The translations under genes and the position numbers were made by a program. 64,000 nucleotides of DNA from Methanobacteriota archaeon (GTDB lineage Archaea > Thermoplasmatota > Thermoplasmata > Methanomassiliicoccales > UBA472): positions 693 to 64,692 of the forward strand of contig JAJFUR010000056.1 of the NCBI GenBank assembly GCA_021372335.1, given 5' to 3'. The notes under the pieces are model-generated. The model had not been told where the DNA came from. It saw only the letters and a list, made by a program, of their open reading frames with translations, and did no database searches. The stretch's first letter is position 1, and every line of letters begins with the position of its first letter. Below are positions 19,271-29,770 of this stretch, one piece after another.

Positions 19271-21889
19271 ATGGCACAATATGAAGCGATCCCTACCGAG
19301 AGGAAGTGGCAGAGGCAGTGGAAGGACTGGGAATTATACAGGTTCGACCCGGAGTCCCCCGCCCCCGTCTATTCCATCGACAATCCGCCCCGGTACGCCT
19401 CCGGCGCCCTGCATCTGGGGCACGCCACCGGCTATTCCCTGATCGATTTCGCTGCAAGGTATCACAGGCAGCGTGGCTACAACGTGATGTTCCCGCTGTG
19501 CTTCGATGTGAACGGGACGCCGGTGGAGGTCCGCGTGGAGAGGAAGTACGGGATCAACAAGTACTCCGTCCCGCGCCAGAGGTACATCGAGCTGTGCGAG
19601 GAGTATGCCAACTCCTTCATCGAGTCCATGACCCACCAGTTCGAGATCCTGGGGGAGAGCATGGACCCCTCGCTCTACTATCAGACGGACGCGCCCTATT
19701 ACCGCCGCATCACCCAGATATCCTTCCTCAGGATGCTGGAGAAGGGACTGGCCTACAAGGGCGAATACCCTGTCAACTGGTGCCCCCGCTGCATCACGGC
19801 GCTCGCGGACGCAGAGGTAGAGTACGACCAGAACATGACCAAGCTGAACTACGTTAAGTTCTTCCTCGCCGACGGAACGGGGCACATCATCGTCGCCACC
19901 ACCCGTCCGGAGCTCATCTGCACCTGCCAGACCATCGCGGTCCACCCGAACGACGAGCGGTACAGGGACCTGGTCGGTAAGGACATCATCACCCCGATCT
20001 TCGGGAAGAAGGTAAGGGTCATCGCCGACGAGAAGGTCGACCCCGCCTTCGGCTCCGGGATCGTCATGATATGCACCATCGGGGATAAGACCGACCTCGA
20101 GTGGGTGATGAAGTACAAGCTGCCGTTGGAGAAGGGGCTGGACGAGGAGGGGCGCATGACCGCCCTCGCCGGCCCGTACGAGGGGATGCCGGTGAAGGAG
20201 GCCCGGGCCAAGGTCATCGAGGACCTGCTCGCCTCGGGGATGATAACGAAGCAGGAGGACCAGCTGCAGAACCGCTCCATATGCTGGCGATGCCACACGC
20301 CCATCGAGTTCCTCCAGGTCAAGCAGTGGTTCATTAAGATAATGGACTTCAAGAAGGAGGTGCTGGCGAAGGCCGACGAGGTCCAGTGGTTCCCGGAGTT
20401 CATGAAGGTGCGGTTGAAGGACTGGGTCGACTCCCTGCAATGGGACTGGGTCGTCTCCCGCCAGCGCTACTTCGCCACCCCCATCCCGGTATGGGAGTGC
20501 CAGAACTGCGATTTCGTGCTGCCTGTGAGGGAGGAGGACTGCTACATCGACCCGACCATCGCCAAGCCGTACCTGGATAGATGCCCGAGGTGCGGGGGCG
20601 AGCTGAAGGGATGCCCGGACGTGTTCGATACCTGGATGGACTCCTCGGTCTCCCCGTTATACAACACCTTCTGGCAGAGGGACGAGGAGCGGTTCAGGCG
20701 GTTGTATCCAATGTCCCTCCGGCCCCAGTCCCATGACATCATCCGGACGTGGGCGTTCTACACGCTCCTGAGGGGGTACCATCTGACCGGGGAGCGGCCG
20801 TGGGACCACATCATGATCCATGGGTTCATCATGGCGCCCGACGGTACCCCGATGCACACCTCCCTGGGCAACGTCATAGACCCGATGCCGTTGCTGGAGA
20901 CCTACGGGGCGGACGCGCTGCGCTATTACGCCTGCACGTGCTCCCTCGGCGAGGACCATGCGTTCCGGGAGCGGGACGTGGTGCACGGCAGGAAGCTTTG
21001 CACCAAGGTCTGGAACCTCGGCAAGCTGATCGAGATGACCGTGAGGGAGAGGCCCGAGCGGGGAGAGCTCAGGCCCATCGACCGGTGGATCCTGAGCCGC
21101 TTCACCAGGACGCTGAGGGCGGTCACCGATCACCTGGACCATTATGACTTCGACAAGGCGATGCGGGAGGTCGAGGGCTTCGCCTGGAAGGAGTTCGCCG
21201 ATCATTACGTGGAGATGACCAAGCACCGGACGAGGGGAGGGGACGCGTCCGTGCGCTATACGCTGTACACCGTCTACCTGGGAATACTGAAGATGATGGC
21301 CCCCATGCTGCCGCACGTCACCGAGGACGCGTACCAGCCCTTCGCCCGGATGGACGGGGCCAGATCGGTGCATGTGAGCAAGTGGCCGGAGCCGGTGCTC
21401 ATCGACGAGGAGGCGGAGCGGAGAGGGGACCTCACCAAGGAGGTCATCGCGTCCATCCGCACCTGGAAGGCGGAGAAGAAGTATCCCCTGAACAAGGAGC
21501 TTGCCAGGGTGGAGGTCGTGGGCGAACGCGCGATCGACCTAGAGGGCTACGAGGACGACATCGCCCAGACCGTCCGGGCGGGCGCGGTGGAGCTGCTGCA
21601 CGTCGCGGACCTGGAGAAGACCGCTGTCGCGGTCAGGCCGGTGCACGCCCGCCTGGGCCCAATGTTCAAGGACCGGGCCAAGGAGATTGTGGAGGGGCTC
21701 ATGGCAATGGACCCCGAGGAGGCACTGCACCAGCTGAGCGCAGATGGCGCCCTCGAGCTTGCGCTCAAGGACGGGGAAAGGGTGAGGGTCACCAGCGACC
21801 TGGTCGATGTCGTCTACGAGCTGCGCTACCAGGGCAAGGCCGTGGACACCATCCAGGTCGGGGACCTTCTCGTTGTGGTCCAGGTCTGA
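19271..21889 (+). CDS. valS: Valine--tRNA ligase
   Basis: HIGH motif ALHLGH. ValRS-type editing domain TTRPELICTCQTIAVHPNDERY..IADEKVDPAFGSGIVMICTIGDKTD. 872 aa. The KMSKS position reads PMHTS. Confidence 0.8.
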   Translation: MAQYEAIPTERKWQRQWKDWELYRFDPESPAPVYSIDNPPRYASGALHLGHATGYSLIDFAARYHRQRGYNVMFPLCFDVNGTPVEVRVERKYGINKYSVPRQRYIELCEEYANSFIESMTHQFEILGESMDPSLYYQTDAPYYRRITQISFLRMLEKGLAYKGEYPVNWCPRCITALADAEVEYDQNMTKLNYVKFFLADGTGHIIVATTRPELICTCQTIAVHPNDERYRDLVGKDIITPIFGKKVRVIADEKVDPAFGSGIVMICTIGDKTDLEWVMKYKLPLEKGLDEEGRMTALAGPYEGMPVKEARAKVIEDLLASGMITKQEDQLQNRSICWRCHTPIEFLQVKQWFIKIMDFKKEVLAKADEVQWFPEFMKVRLKDWVDSLQWDWVVSRQRYFATPIPVWECQNCDFVLPVREEDCYIDPTIAKPYLDRCPRCGGELKGCPDVFDTWMDSSVSPLYNTFWQRDEERFRRLYPMSLRPQSHDIIRTWAFYTLLRGYHLTGERPWDHIMIHGFIMAPDGTPMHTSLGNVIDPMPLLETYGADALRYYACTCSLGEDHAFRERDVVHGRKLCTKVWNLGKLIEMTVRERPERGELRPIDRWILSRFTRTLRAVTDHLDHYDFDKAMREVEGFAWKEFADHYVEMTKHRTRGGDASVRYTLYTVYLGILKMMAPMLPHVTEDAYQPFARMDGARSVHVSKWPEPVLIDEEAERRGDLTKEVIASIRTWKAEKKYPLNKELARVEVVGERAIDLEGYEDDIAQTVRAGAVELLHVADLEKTAVAVRPVHARLGPMFKDRAKEIVEGLMAMDPEEALHQLSADGALELALKDGERVRVTSDLVDVVYELRYQGKAVDTIQVGDLLVVVQV

Positions 21890-22047
21890 GGCGGGGGAGG
21901 ATGGACCGAACTTGGGAATGTAGGATTGCCCGATCCGGGACGACATGCTCGATGGGACGATGGCGCTTTTGGACGCGCCTTCCTTTCGCTAGAGCGCGGG
22001 CGTTCCTAGCGCATGCCTGAATGGGCCATATGGCCGTGTGGGCAACC

Positions 22048-22054
22048 TTTAAAT
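22048..22054 (+). promoter_or_regulatory. TATA-like box (TTTAAAT) upstream of tRNA-Gly
   Basis: A/T element centred ~31 nt upstream of the mature tRNA 5' end, in otherwise GC-rich sequence. Confidence 0.4.
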
Positions 22055-22081
22055 CCGATTAGACAATACCGACAAAAGCAC

Positions 22082-22157
22082 GCGGGCGTAGTGTAGCTGG
22101 TTATCACTTGAGCTTGCCAAGCTCATAACTCGGGTTCAAATCCCGACGCCCGCACCA
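22082..22157 (+). tRNA. tRNA-Gly (anticodon GCC), CCA encoded
   Basis: Folded by hand. Acceptor GCGGGCG/CGCCCGC, anticodon stem TGAGC/GCTCA with loop TTGCCAA, T-arm TCGGG-TTCAAAT-CCCGA, discriminator A plus CCA. 76 nt. Confidence 0.9.
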
Positions 22158-22451
22158 TGCTTCCTTCTCGCTCCGCATCTTCCGTCCTAGGAAAGCGTTC
22201 CCGAAGGCCTTGCCGGAGACACCGTCCCATGCCGATCCGACAGTCGCTATGAGGCTTTGAACGGTACGGATGGTTCAGGCACCATGCCCGTCCCCTCTTC
22301 CATTAAGCCCTCAGGTCCCTATTGAAAGCGCCCGCGTATCAAGGAAGATCGATGGGCGATGCCGGGACGATGTCCCAGAACGGCATTGCCGATCAGAAAG
22401 GGAAGAGGACCGGCCAGGCCTGATCGGGCGAATCTCTGGCCTGAAGGCCCT

Positions 22452-22655
22452 TCAGGCCCGCCAGAGCTCCTCTTCGATGATGGGCTTGGCGTCGTCCAAA
22501 CGGACGATGTCGACGAAGACGTACTTGCCCGACGGGATCCCGAGCGTCTTCAGCCTTCGCATGACCTCCCGCTTGGAGTCCTCGTTCCCGTCGCACTCGA
22601 TGACGTCCTTGAAGGTCTGCCCGGCCCAGTTGATGACGTATTCGTACTTGAACAT
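22452..22655 (-). CDS. Hypothetical small protein (67 aa)
   Basis: ATG at 22655 (MFKYEYVINWAGQTFKDVIECDG...). Composition is protein-like. No family recognised. Confidence 0.5.
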   Translation of the reverse strand: MFKYEYVINWAGQTFKDVIECDGNEDSKREVMRRLKTLGIPSGKYVFVDIVRLDDAKPIIEEELWRA

Positions 22656-22707
22656 AGAACCCAACTCAATCGCTCATTGCTTTTGGCCGAGGGTATTCGC
22701 TTCCCTG

Positions 22708-22723
22708 GGATATAGCTATATCC
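22708..22723. promoter_or_regulatory. Perfect 16-nt palindrome GGATATAGCTATATCC upstream of the 67-aa gene
   Basis: Read directly. It lies 53-68 nt upstream of ATG 22655 and contains TATA-like halves. Confidence 0.35.
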
Positions 22724-23103
22724 ATCCCTTTGCACCTCATCGTTCCGAATTGCGGGGCTGGTAGTAATATAATATTAAAAAATATAGAAAATAAAAAAGC
22801 TATTGCAGCCTCCTTCGCCTTGTCAACCTTATTCTCGAGGGGGATGTCGACCGCTCAAGCCGTTTGCTCCAGCAGCGCCTTGCGTGGCAAGAGGACCGTA
22901 GGCACTGCCTAGGCCCCGGCTGGGCCGTGATTTCACGATGCATCTGGGACCTGGTCGGGGCGAAAGGGCCTGTCTCGAAGAGATTATGGCTCAGGAGACG
23001 GCCCGCCATCACCCTGAAAGCGGGGAATGGTGCATTCAGGATAGCCCTTGAGGCCGTCGAGGAGCACCTCCCCTTCGGAATGACGTCCCGCGGACCAAGC
23101 GGC

Positions 23104-23544
23104 CTACGCCCGCTTACACTTGGTGACCAGCACCGGGCACCTCGCCTCGCGGACCACCCTCTCGGCGACGCTGCCGATCAGGAGATGCGGGAGCCCGGTG
23201 CGCCCCTGGGTGCCCATCACGATGAGGTCGTAATTGCCCGACATCTCGATTATGTCCGCGGCCGGCCGTCCTATCTTGACGAGGGCCTTGACCTTCACCC
23301 CGGCCTTGATGGCCATGTCCGCGGCCTCCTTGACGGCCGCTTCGGCCACATCGCCCTGGATGGAGGCGTTGTAGGGCCCGGGCGACACCCCCTGAAGGGT
23401 GGAGGTGACATCGCTCACATCGATCACGCTCAGCACGGTGACCTCCGCGTCGTGGACCTTGGCCAGTTCCAGGCCGTGGGCTATGGCCGCCTTGCTGTGC
23501 ACGCTGCCGTCGGTGGGCATCAGGATGTTCTTGTAGAGTGCCAT
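23104..23544 (-). CDS. Universal stress protein (UspA family)
   Basis: KNILMPTDGSVHS and GTQGRTGLPHLLIGSVAERV motifs. Confidence 0.85.
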   Translation of the reverse strand: MALYKNILMPTDGSVHSKAAIAHGLELAKVHDAEVTVLSVIDVSDVTSTLQGVSPGPYNASIQGDVAEAAVKEAADMAIKAGVKVKALVKIGRPAADIIEMSGNYDLIVMGTQGRTGLPHLLIGSVAERVVREARCPVLVTKCKRA

Positions 23545-23559
23545 TTGTATCGCCTTTCC

Positions 23560-25281
<1,722 letters not shown>

Positions 25282-25529
25282 TTATCGACAGGCACCGACC
25301 CCATCCCATGGGCCGATGCACCGACGATCAGAGGTACAATGTGCTGTCGAACGCTCCGTCCGACCATTAGGGTCGATGAGCACCCCCTATTTATTATTTA
25401 TTATTTTACAGAGTCGCATCATAATCATCAAATGCTGTCTGGGATGCTATTTAGAATGGGCAAACCAGAGGTGGGGAACGACCAGCTATGCCCTGAGTTT
25501 TCAAAACGATTCCTATTGGCTATGTAGAT

Positions 25530-25904
25530 TCAATGTCTGGATGTCTCGGCATCGATGGTCGCGATCAATCTTCGCAGCCGCTCCCCCTTCTCCCTGACCT
25601 CTTCCGCGCCCAGAGAGCCAGCCTCAGGGCAGAGGGCGTCGATGACCACGATGCCGTCCTCGGTCAGATTGACCGGATAGAGGGCGCAGCCAAGAGGGCG
25701 CGACCGATACTCCTTGCACCTCCGTCCATCGGGATCGAAGAGCACGCAGTGACCGTTCACGTTGATCAGGCGGGGGATGCCGTCCTCACCCCTCGAATAG
25801 AAGGTGCCGTCGGCATAGCCCCTTCTGATGAGCCGGGCTATGTCCGCTCTGCAGAGCTCCATCCGGGTCTCCTGACAGCATTTGGAGCAGTGAGTGCAGC
25901 GCAT
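25530..25904 (-). CDS. YkgJ-family cysteine-cluster protein (UPF0153)
   Basis: MRCTHCSKCCQET (CxxCxxCC) from ATG 25904, later C..C pairs. The upstream 17 aa in the track are doubtful. Confidence 0.6.
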   Translation of the reverse strand: MRCTHCSKCCQETRMELCRADIARLIRRGYADGTFYSRGEDGIPRLINVNGHCVLFDPDGRRCKEYRSRPLGCALYPVNLTEDGIVVIDALCPEAGSLGAEEVREKGERLRRLIATIDAETSRH

Positions 25905-26277
25905 CGGATGGAAGATGGCCGAGCGGCGATATAATCGTGAGGGCGCACAACGCATCCACAGATCGAGTTCGTGCCTAGCACGGAAGGGGGCGCATAGCAG
26001 TCAGCTACGGCCCGTTCAACCGTACAACGAAGGAGCGCGCCCTTCCTGGAAAACTGCCATCGAATGGAGCGGCCCCTACCATCCACCCGTACGCGGCCCT
26101 CATCATCCATCTCCTGATGGAAAGCGGGAGGTACGATCACGCAGCCATCATGGACGATCCCAGGGACCTTGACCGCCCAAGCGCGTTGAGGGGCGAGTAT
26201 TTGGACCGCTCCATAGAGCTGAGGAACGAGTTCGTGACGATGATGGGCTGGCAGTTCAAGGGCCTCGTCTGACCCCT

Positions 26278-26751
26278 TTAAAGCTCCTTCAGCATGTTGA
26301 GGCTCTTCACCTCATAGCCCAGGGACCCATACAGATGCCTTGCCACGCTGTTATAGGCGAACACATGCAGGGCCAGGGAGCACAGCTTCATGCGCCTGGC
26401 TTTGCCCTCAAGGGCCAGCATCATCGCCCTGCCGTAGCCCTTCCCGCGCATCCCCTCTTCGATATAGACATCGAAGATGAAGCCCCGCCGCTCCTTGCCA
26501 GGCTCCACACGCATCCAGATGTGCCCGACGGCCACATCGGTCTCTGTGTCCACCGCCGTATAGAAGTGGTGCCCCTCGGAACGAAGTCCGTCCGGGAGCA
26601 GCAGATCGTGCTGCTGTTGCGACCGCAGCAACGCGCCGTCGGGGTTCCAATATCCGACCTTGACGTTCTCCTCGGCGTACCTCCTCACGCTGGCCTCCAG
26701 CATGGCCTCGAACTCATCCCTGCCCATCGGGACCAAGCGCACCTCGACCAT
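26278..26751 (-). CDS. GNAT-family N-acetyltransferase
   Basis: Acetyl-CoA motif A region IEEGMRGKGYGRAMM. 157 aa. Confidence 0.8.
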   Translation of the reverse strand: MVEVRLVPMGRDEFEAMLEASVRRYAEENVKVGYWNPDGALLRSQQQHDLLLPDGLRSEGHHFYTAVDTETDVAVGHIWMRVEPGKERRGFIFDVYIEEGMRGKGYGRAMMLALEGKARRMKLCSLALHVFAYNSVARHLYGSLGYEVKSLNMLKEL

Positions 26752-26812
26752 ATAGCTCGCCTAGATCGGAGGACGATCGCAGAAATGTTATTTCAAATGG
26801 ACGCTATGAAAT

Positions 26813-26845
26813 GGAAAAGAAAAAAAATGTTCGGCCGAAGGCCGA
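26813..26845 (-). terminator. Hairpin plus oligo-U terminator after small-protein copy A
   Basis: On the mRNA strand, directly after the stop: UCGGCC-UUC-GGCCGA, then ACAUUUUUUUUCUUUUCC. Confidence 0.6.
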
Positions 26846-27055
26846 TCAGCCTGGGAAGCAGCGGTAGACCCAGTACTCCTTGCCATCGACCATTATCTTC
26901 TCGGGCTTCGCCCTCGGGTCTCCGACGGAGTAGTACGGCGGGAAGGCCGGGTTGGCCTTGGTGACACGCAGGATGTCCTTCTCGTCTGGGAACTTCTTCT
27001 TCACTTCGTCGGCGACCTTGTCGGGCACACCGAACGTCAGTTCGACGGTTACCAT
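26846..27055 (-). CDS. Conserved 69-aa hypothetical protein, tandem copy A
   Basis: ATG 27055: MVTVELTFGVPDKVADEVKKKFPDEKDILRVTKANPAFPPYYSVGDPRAKPEKIMVDGKEYWVYRCFPG. An AGGAGGA SD lies 7 nt upstream. It has 4 aa differences from copy B. Confidence 0.75.
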   Translation of the reverse strand: MVTVELTFGVPDKVADEVKKKFPDEKDILRVTKANPAFPPYYSVGDPRAKPEKIMVDGKEYWVYRCFPG

Positions 27056-27073
27056 ATGATTTTCCTCCTTTGC

Positions 27074-27089
27074 AGCGGCTTTCACCGCT
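27074..27089 (-). promoter_or_regulatory. 5'-UTR hairpin (AGCGG-UGAAAG-CCGCU) just 5' of the SD of copy A
   Basis: Read directly. Same stem core as the hairpin upstream of copy B, with a different loop. Confidence 0.45.
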
Positions 27090-27268
27090 AGACCATATTA
27101 ACACCCAATAGCCTATAAGGCTTTGTTACATGCTGGTGAAACCCGTTGTATTCCGATGATACCTGTTCCGAGGGAACGCAACGACCGTAGAAGGGACGAA
27201 CCGTCGAGGACAAAAGGACAAAGGGCAAATGAGATAAATGGAATGGGTTTGGGCGAAGGACGGGGGCC

Positions 27269-27478
27269 TCAGCCTGGGAAGCAGCGATAGACCCAGTACT
27301 CCTTGCCATCGACCTTGATCTTCTCGGGCTTCGCCCTCGGGTCTCCGACGGAGTAGTACGGCGGGAAGGCCGGGTTGGCCTTGGTGACGCGCAGGATGTC
27401 CTTCTCGCCCTTGAACTTCTTCTTCACCTCATCGGCGACCTTGTCAGGCACACCGAAGGTCAGTTCGACTGTTACCAT
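27269..27478 (-). CDS. Conserved 69-aa hypothetical protein, tandem copy B
   Basis: Track ORF. Near-identical to copy A at nucleotide and protein level. An AGGAGGA SD lies upstream. Confidence 0.8.
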   Translation of the reverse strand: MVTVELTFGVPDKVADEVKKKFKGEKDILRVTKANPAFPPYYSVGDPRAKPEKIKVDGKEYWVYRCFPG

Positions 27479-27493
27479 TCGTTTTCCTCCTGG

Positions 27494-27513
27494 GTAGCGG
27501 CGCGGACCGCTAC
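27494..27513 (-). promoter_or_regulatory. 5'-UTR hairpin (GUAGCGG-UCCGCG-CCGCUAC) just 5' of the SD of copy B
   Basis: Read directly. 7-bp stem, 6-nt loop, ending 2 nt before AGGAGGA. Confidence 0.45.
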
Positions 27514-27612
27514 CAACATTTTAGTGAATCCGTTAATACATTATAAACACTTGTTACGTTGGCGCGTAACCAGTCACCATATCATGTAACCGTCCTGGGA
27601 TGGGGTGGGGCA

Positions 27613-27912
27613 TCATGGGCCGGCGGACACCGTTTGGGTGATGAGGTCGATGTTGATCGATCTGGCCGCAAGCCGGTATACGATCTCCTTGCTGTCCTCC
27701 CTGTAGGTCTTCACGAGGAAGTTTGACTTGTACAGGACCTCCAGCTCCCTATAGATGGTGGCCCTTTCCCGACGGTCGCTGAACCGTTCGTTGTACTTCT
27801 TGAAGACGCTGACAGCGGACGCCTCACCCTCGGCCAGTAGCCTTATTATCTTAAGGCGGGTATCCGACGAAAGCGCCTTGGCCACCTCCTCGATCTCCAT
27901 AGTCCCGAGCAT
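27613..27912 (-). CDS. ArsR-family winged-helix transcriptional regulator
   Basis: VAKALSSDTRLKIIRLLAEGEASAVSV.. HTH pattern. 99 aa (alternative start at 27900). Confidence 0.7.
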   Translation of the reverse strand: MLGTMEIEEVAKALSSDTRLKIIRLLAEGEASAVSVFKKYNERFSDRRERATIYRELEVLYKSNFLVKTYREDSKEIVYRLAARSINIDLITQTVSAGP

Positions 27913-28022
27913 CGCCTTCCGGCCTATTTAGTTTTGATTCGTCCCTGCGCCCTTGAGCAGGGCGGCGAAGCGTTGATTAGGGGACATCCCGTTCCTTGCA
28001 AGAAGGTGATTGTCTGGGCCGG

Positions 28023-28856
28023 ATGACGATGCTCTACGTTCGCGCCATCAAGGGCGGGTTTGGCCACCGCTTCGCATTGGCCAGGCTGACCAGGTGGCCG
28101 CTCCTGGGGCGGGCCGTGGACAGGGCGCTCTTCGACGGGGACGAGATCTACGTCCTTCCGAAGGGGTCCTCCGTCACGCTTAGGGAGATTCCCCTGGACA
28201 TTCCAGTGCCAGACCGGGAGGACGTTGTCCTCCCGTCGGAGATCGTTCGATACTTCATCGAGCGCTCCAAGCACCACTTCATTATGGACCGCTGCATCTG
28301 CCGCACATCGGCGCACTGCCGGGACTACCCGCACGAGCTGGGATGCATCTTCCTGGGCAAGGCGGTGCTTGCCATCGATCCCCGGCTGGGGCGATTGGTG
28401 AGCAAGGAGGAGGCACTGGCCCATCTTGACCGATGCGAGGAAGCAGGCTTGGTGCATATCATAGGGCGCAACAAGCTGGACAGTATATGGACGGCGGGAA
28501 GGCCCAAGGAGGACCTGATGACCGTTTGCAATTGCTGTCCCTGCTGCTGCCTTTGGAAGATGCTTCCGCAGTTGGATGAGGGCATCTCGAGCAAGATGAA
28601 ACGTCTTCCGGGCGTCCATCTGACAGTGGACGCGGCCAGGTGCACCGGTTGCGGGACATGCGTGGACGGATGCTACGTGCGCGCCATCTCCATGAGGGAA
28701 GGGCGGGCCGTTATAGACCAGGCCATGTGCAAGGGCTGCGCCCGATGCGCCCATGCCTGCCCGGAGAAGGCCATCACCCTCCACATCGAGGACGGAAGCT
28801 ATTCGATGCATGCGGTGGAACGGATCGCCCCCTTGGTGGACGTGACGAAGGACTGA
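28023..28856 (+). CDS. Cys-rich Fe-S protein with a C-terminal 2x[4Fe-4S] ferredoxin domain
   Basis: CTGCGTCVDGC and CKGCARCAHACP motifs, plus an unusual CNCCPCCC cluster and CICRTSAHC. ATG 28023 is preferred to GTG 27996. Confidence 0.65.
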   Translation: MTMLYVRAIKGGFGHRFALARLTRWPLLGRAVDRALFDGDEIYVLPKGSSVTLREIPLDIPVPDREDVVLPSEIVRYFIERSKHHFIMDRCICRTSAHCRDYPHELGCIFLGKAVLAIDPRLGRLVSKEEALAHLDRCEEAGLVHIIGRNKLDSIWTAGRPKEDLMTVCNCCPCCCLWKMLPQLDEGISSKMKRLPGVHLTVDAARCTGCGTCVDGCYVRAISMREGRAVIDQAMCKGCARCAHACPEKAITLHIEDGSYSMHAVERIAPLVDVTKD

Positions 28857-29122
28857 GGGCCCGCATGAGGATTTATAGTCCCTTCCGAGAATGGTGATAG
28901 CATGAGCGCTCGGGTGGAGATGAAAGGACCCGTGCTCGCCGCTTCTGCCCCGGCCATCGGCAGAAAGGTCTTCGAGCCTGTTCGGGGGGAAGGGGCGATG
29001 GGGGGCGGAGGTAGGAGCGGCCCCCTTGGAGGGCGCGTTCCCCAGGCCCATTGCGGTTTCGGGCCGTCCTCTCCGGGCGTTGCCGACCGTCGGCATGGCT
29101 GGCCATGGCGGAGGGGGTTGGC

Positions 29123-29728
29123 ATGGTGAGCAGCGTGCCATACGAAGTGGTTAGGCATCTGGGGGATGCTGAGCTACGGCGCTATGGCACCTGGCTGCTG
29201 GCGACGGTCTATGATCTGGATGAGGACGAGGCCTTTCAAATGCTCTTCCGATATATAGACGGGGACAACGCCCTCGGGACGAGGTTCCCGATCGTGGTCC
29301 CGGTGCTGGCCCGCGCGGGGGAGCCTACCGATCCCGAGTCGGAAGGGCAGATGTCCTTCGTGCTGCCCTATGGCCTTGATCTCGTGGACGTAGCGAGGCC
29401 GAACGATCCCAGGATCGTGCTTGAGACGGAGGAAGGCGGACTTTTCGCGGTCATGCGGTTCCATGGAATGGCCGAGGGGGCGGACCTGCTGGGGAGGACG
29501 AGCGATCTGCTGACAGAGCTCAAGGAGGCCGATTTTGAGATGGATGGGCGCCCTTTCCTGATGCGGTACAATTCGCCGTTAACGCCGGCGTTCATGCGCC
29601 ACAGCGAGGTGGCCGTGCGCGTGATCCCGGGATCGATTGGGACCGAGTGCCGCCGTTCAAACGAGCAGGGTAGGGGCGCGGCGGCCAATTTTCCCGATGG
29701 AGGCGTTGGCGACCGGGAGTGCCCCTGA
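29123..29728 (+). CDS. SOUL heme-binding-family protein
   Basis: PYEVVRHLGDAELRRY...FAVMRFHG...PFLMRYNSPLTPAFMRHSEV pattern is typical of SOUL/HEBP. Alternative start at 29105; track residues before that are implausible. Confidence 0.65.
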   Translation: MVSSVPYEVVRHLGDAELRRYGTWLLATVYDLDEDEAFQMLFRYIDGDNALGTRFPIVVPVLARAGEPTDPESEGQMSFVLPYGLDLVDVARPNDPRIVLETEEGGLFAVMRFHGMAEGADLLGRTSDLLTELKEADFEMDGRPFLMRYNSPLTPAFMRHSEVAVRVIPGSIGTECRRSNEQGRGAAANFPDGGVGDRECP

Positions 29729-29770
29729 GGCCCACTTTTTGCCCTGTCAAGGAGGCCCGCGCCCATATGG

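Noticed and set aside
22158-23103. An integrated mobile element at the tRNA-Gly 3' flank.
   Set aside because: There is no integrase, transposase or clear direct repeat; only a 9-nt match to the tRNA end. It is kept as a low-interest observation, not called as a mobile element.
26117-26272. A possible 51-aa plus-strand ORF (MESGRYDHAAIMDDPRDLDRPSALRGEYLDRSIELRNEFVTMMGWQFKGLV) in the 320-nt gap between the YkgJ-like and GNAT genes.
   Set aside because: No SD or promoter is evident and no family is recognised. The length is below what I can support from composition alone. It is left unannotated but worth a homology check.
26278-26751. GNAT acetyltransferase plus upstream small genes interpreted as a GNAT-toxin/antitoxin module.
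   Set aside because: A strong hairpin/U8 terminator separates the small genes from the GNAT gene. The small proteins show no RHH/DUF1778-like features. The GNAT looks like a generic RimI-type enzyme.
27924-29141. A 405-aa minus-strand ORF, and similar long antisense or alternative-frame ORFs elsewhere: 35675-37237, 16471-17976, 17865-19013, 7739-8836, 40045-41445, 37715-38851, 59858-60817, 61264-62109.
   Set aside because: Their composition is Arg/Gly/Pro/His-rich and low-complexity. Each lies opposite or out of frame to a gene with clear family motifs. These are classic GC-rich shadow ORFs.
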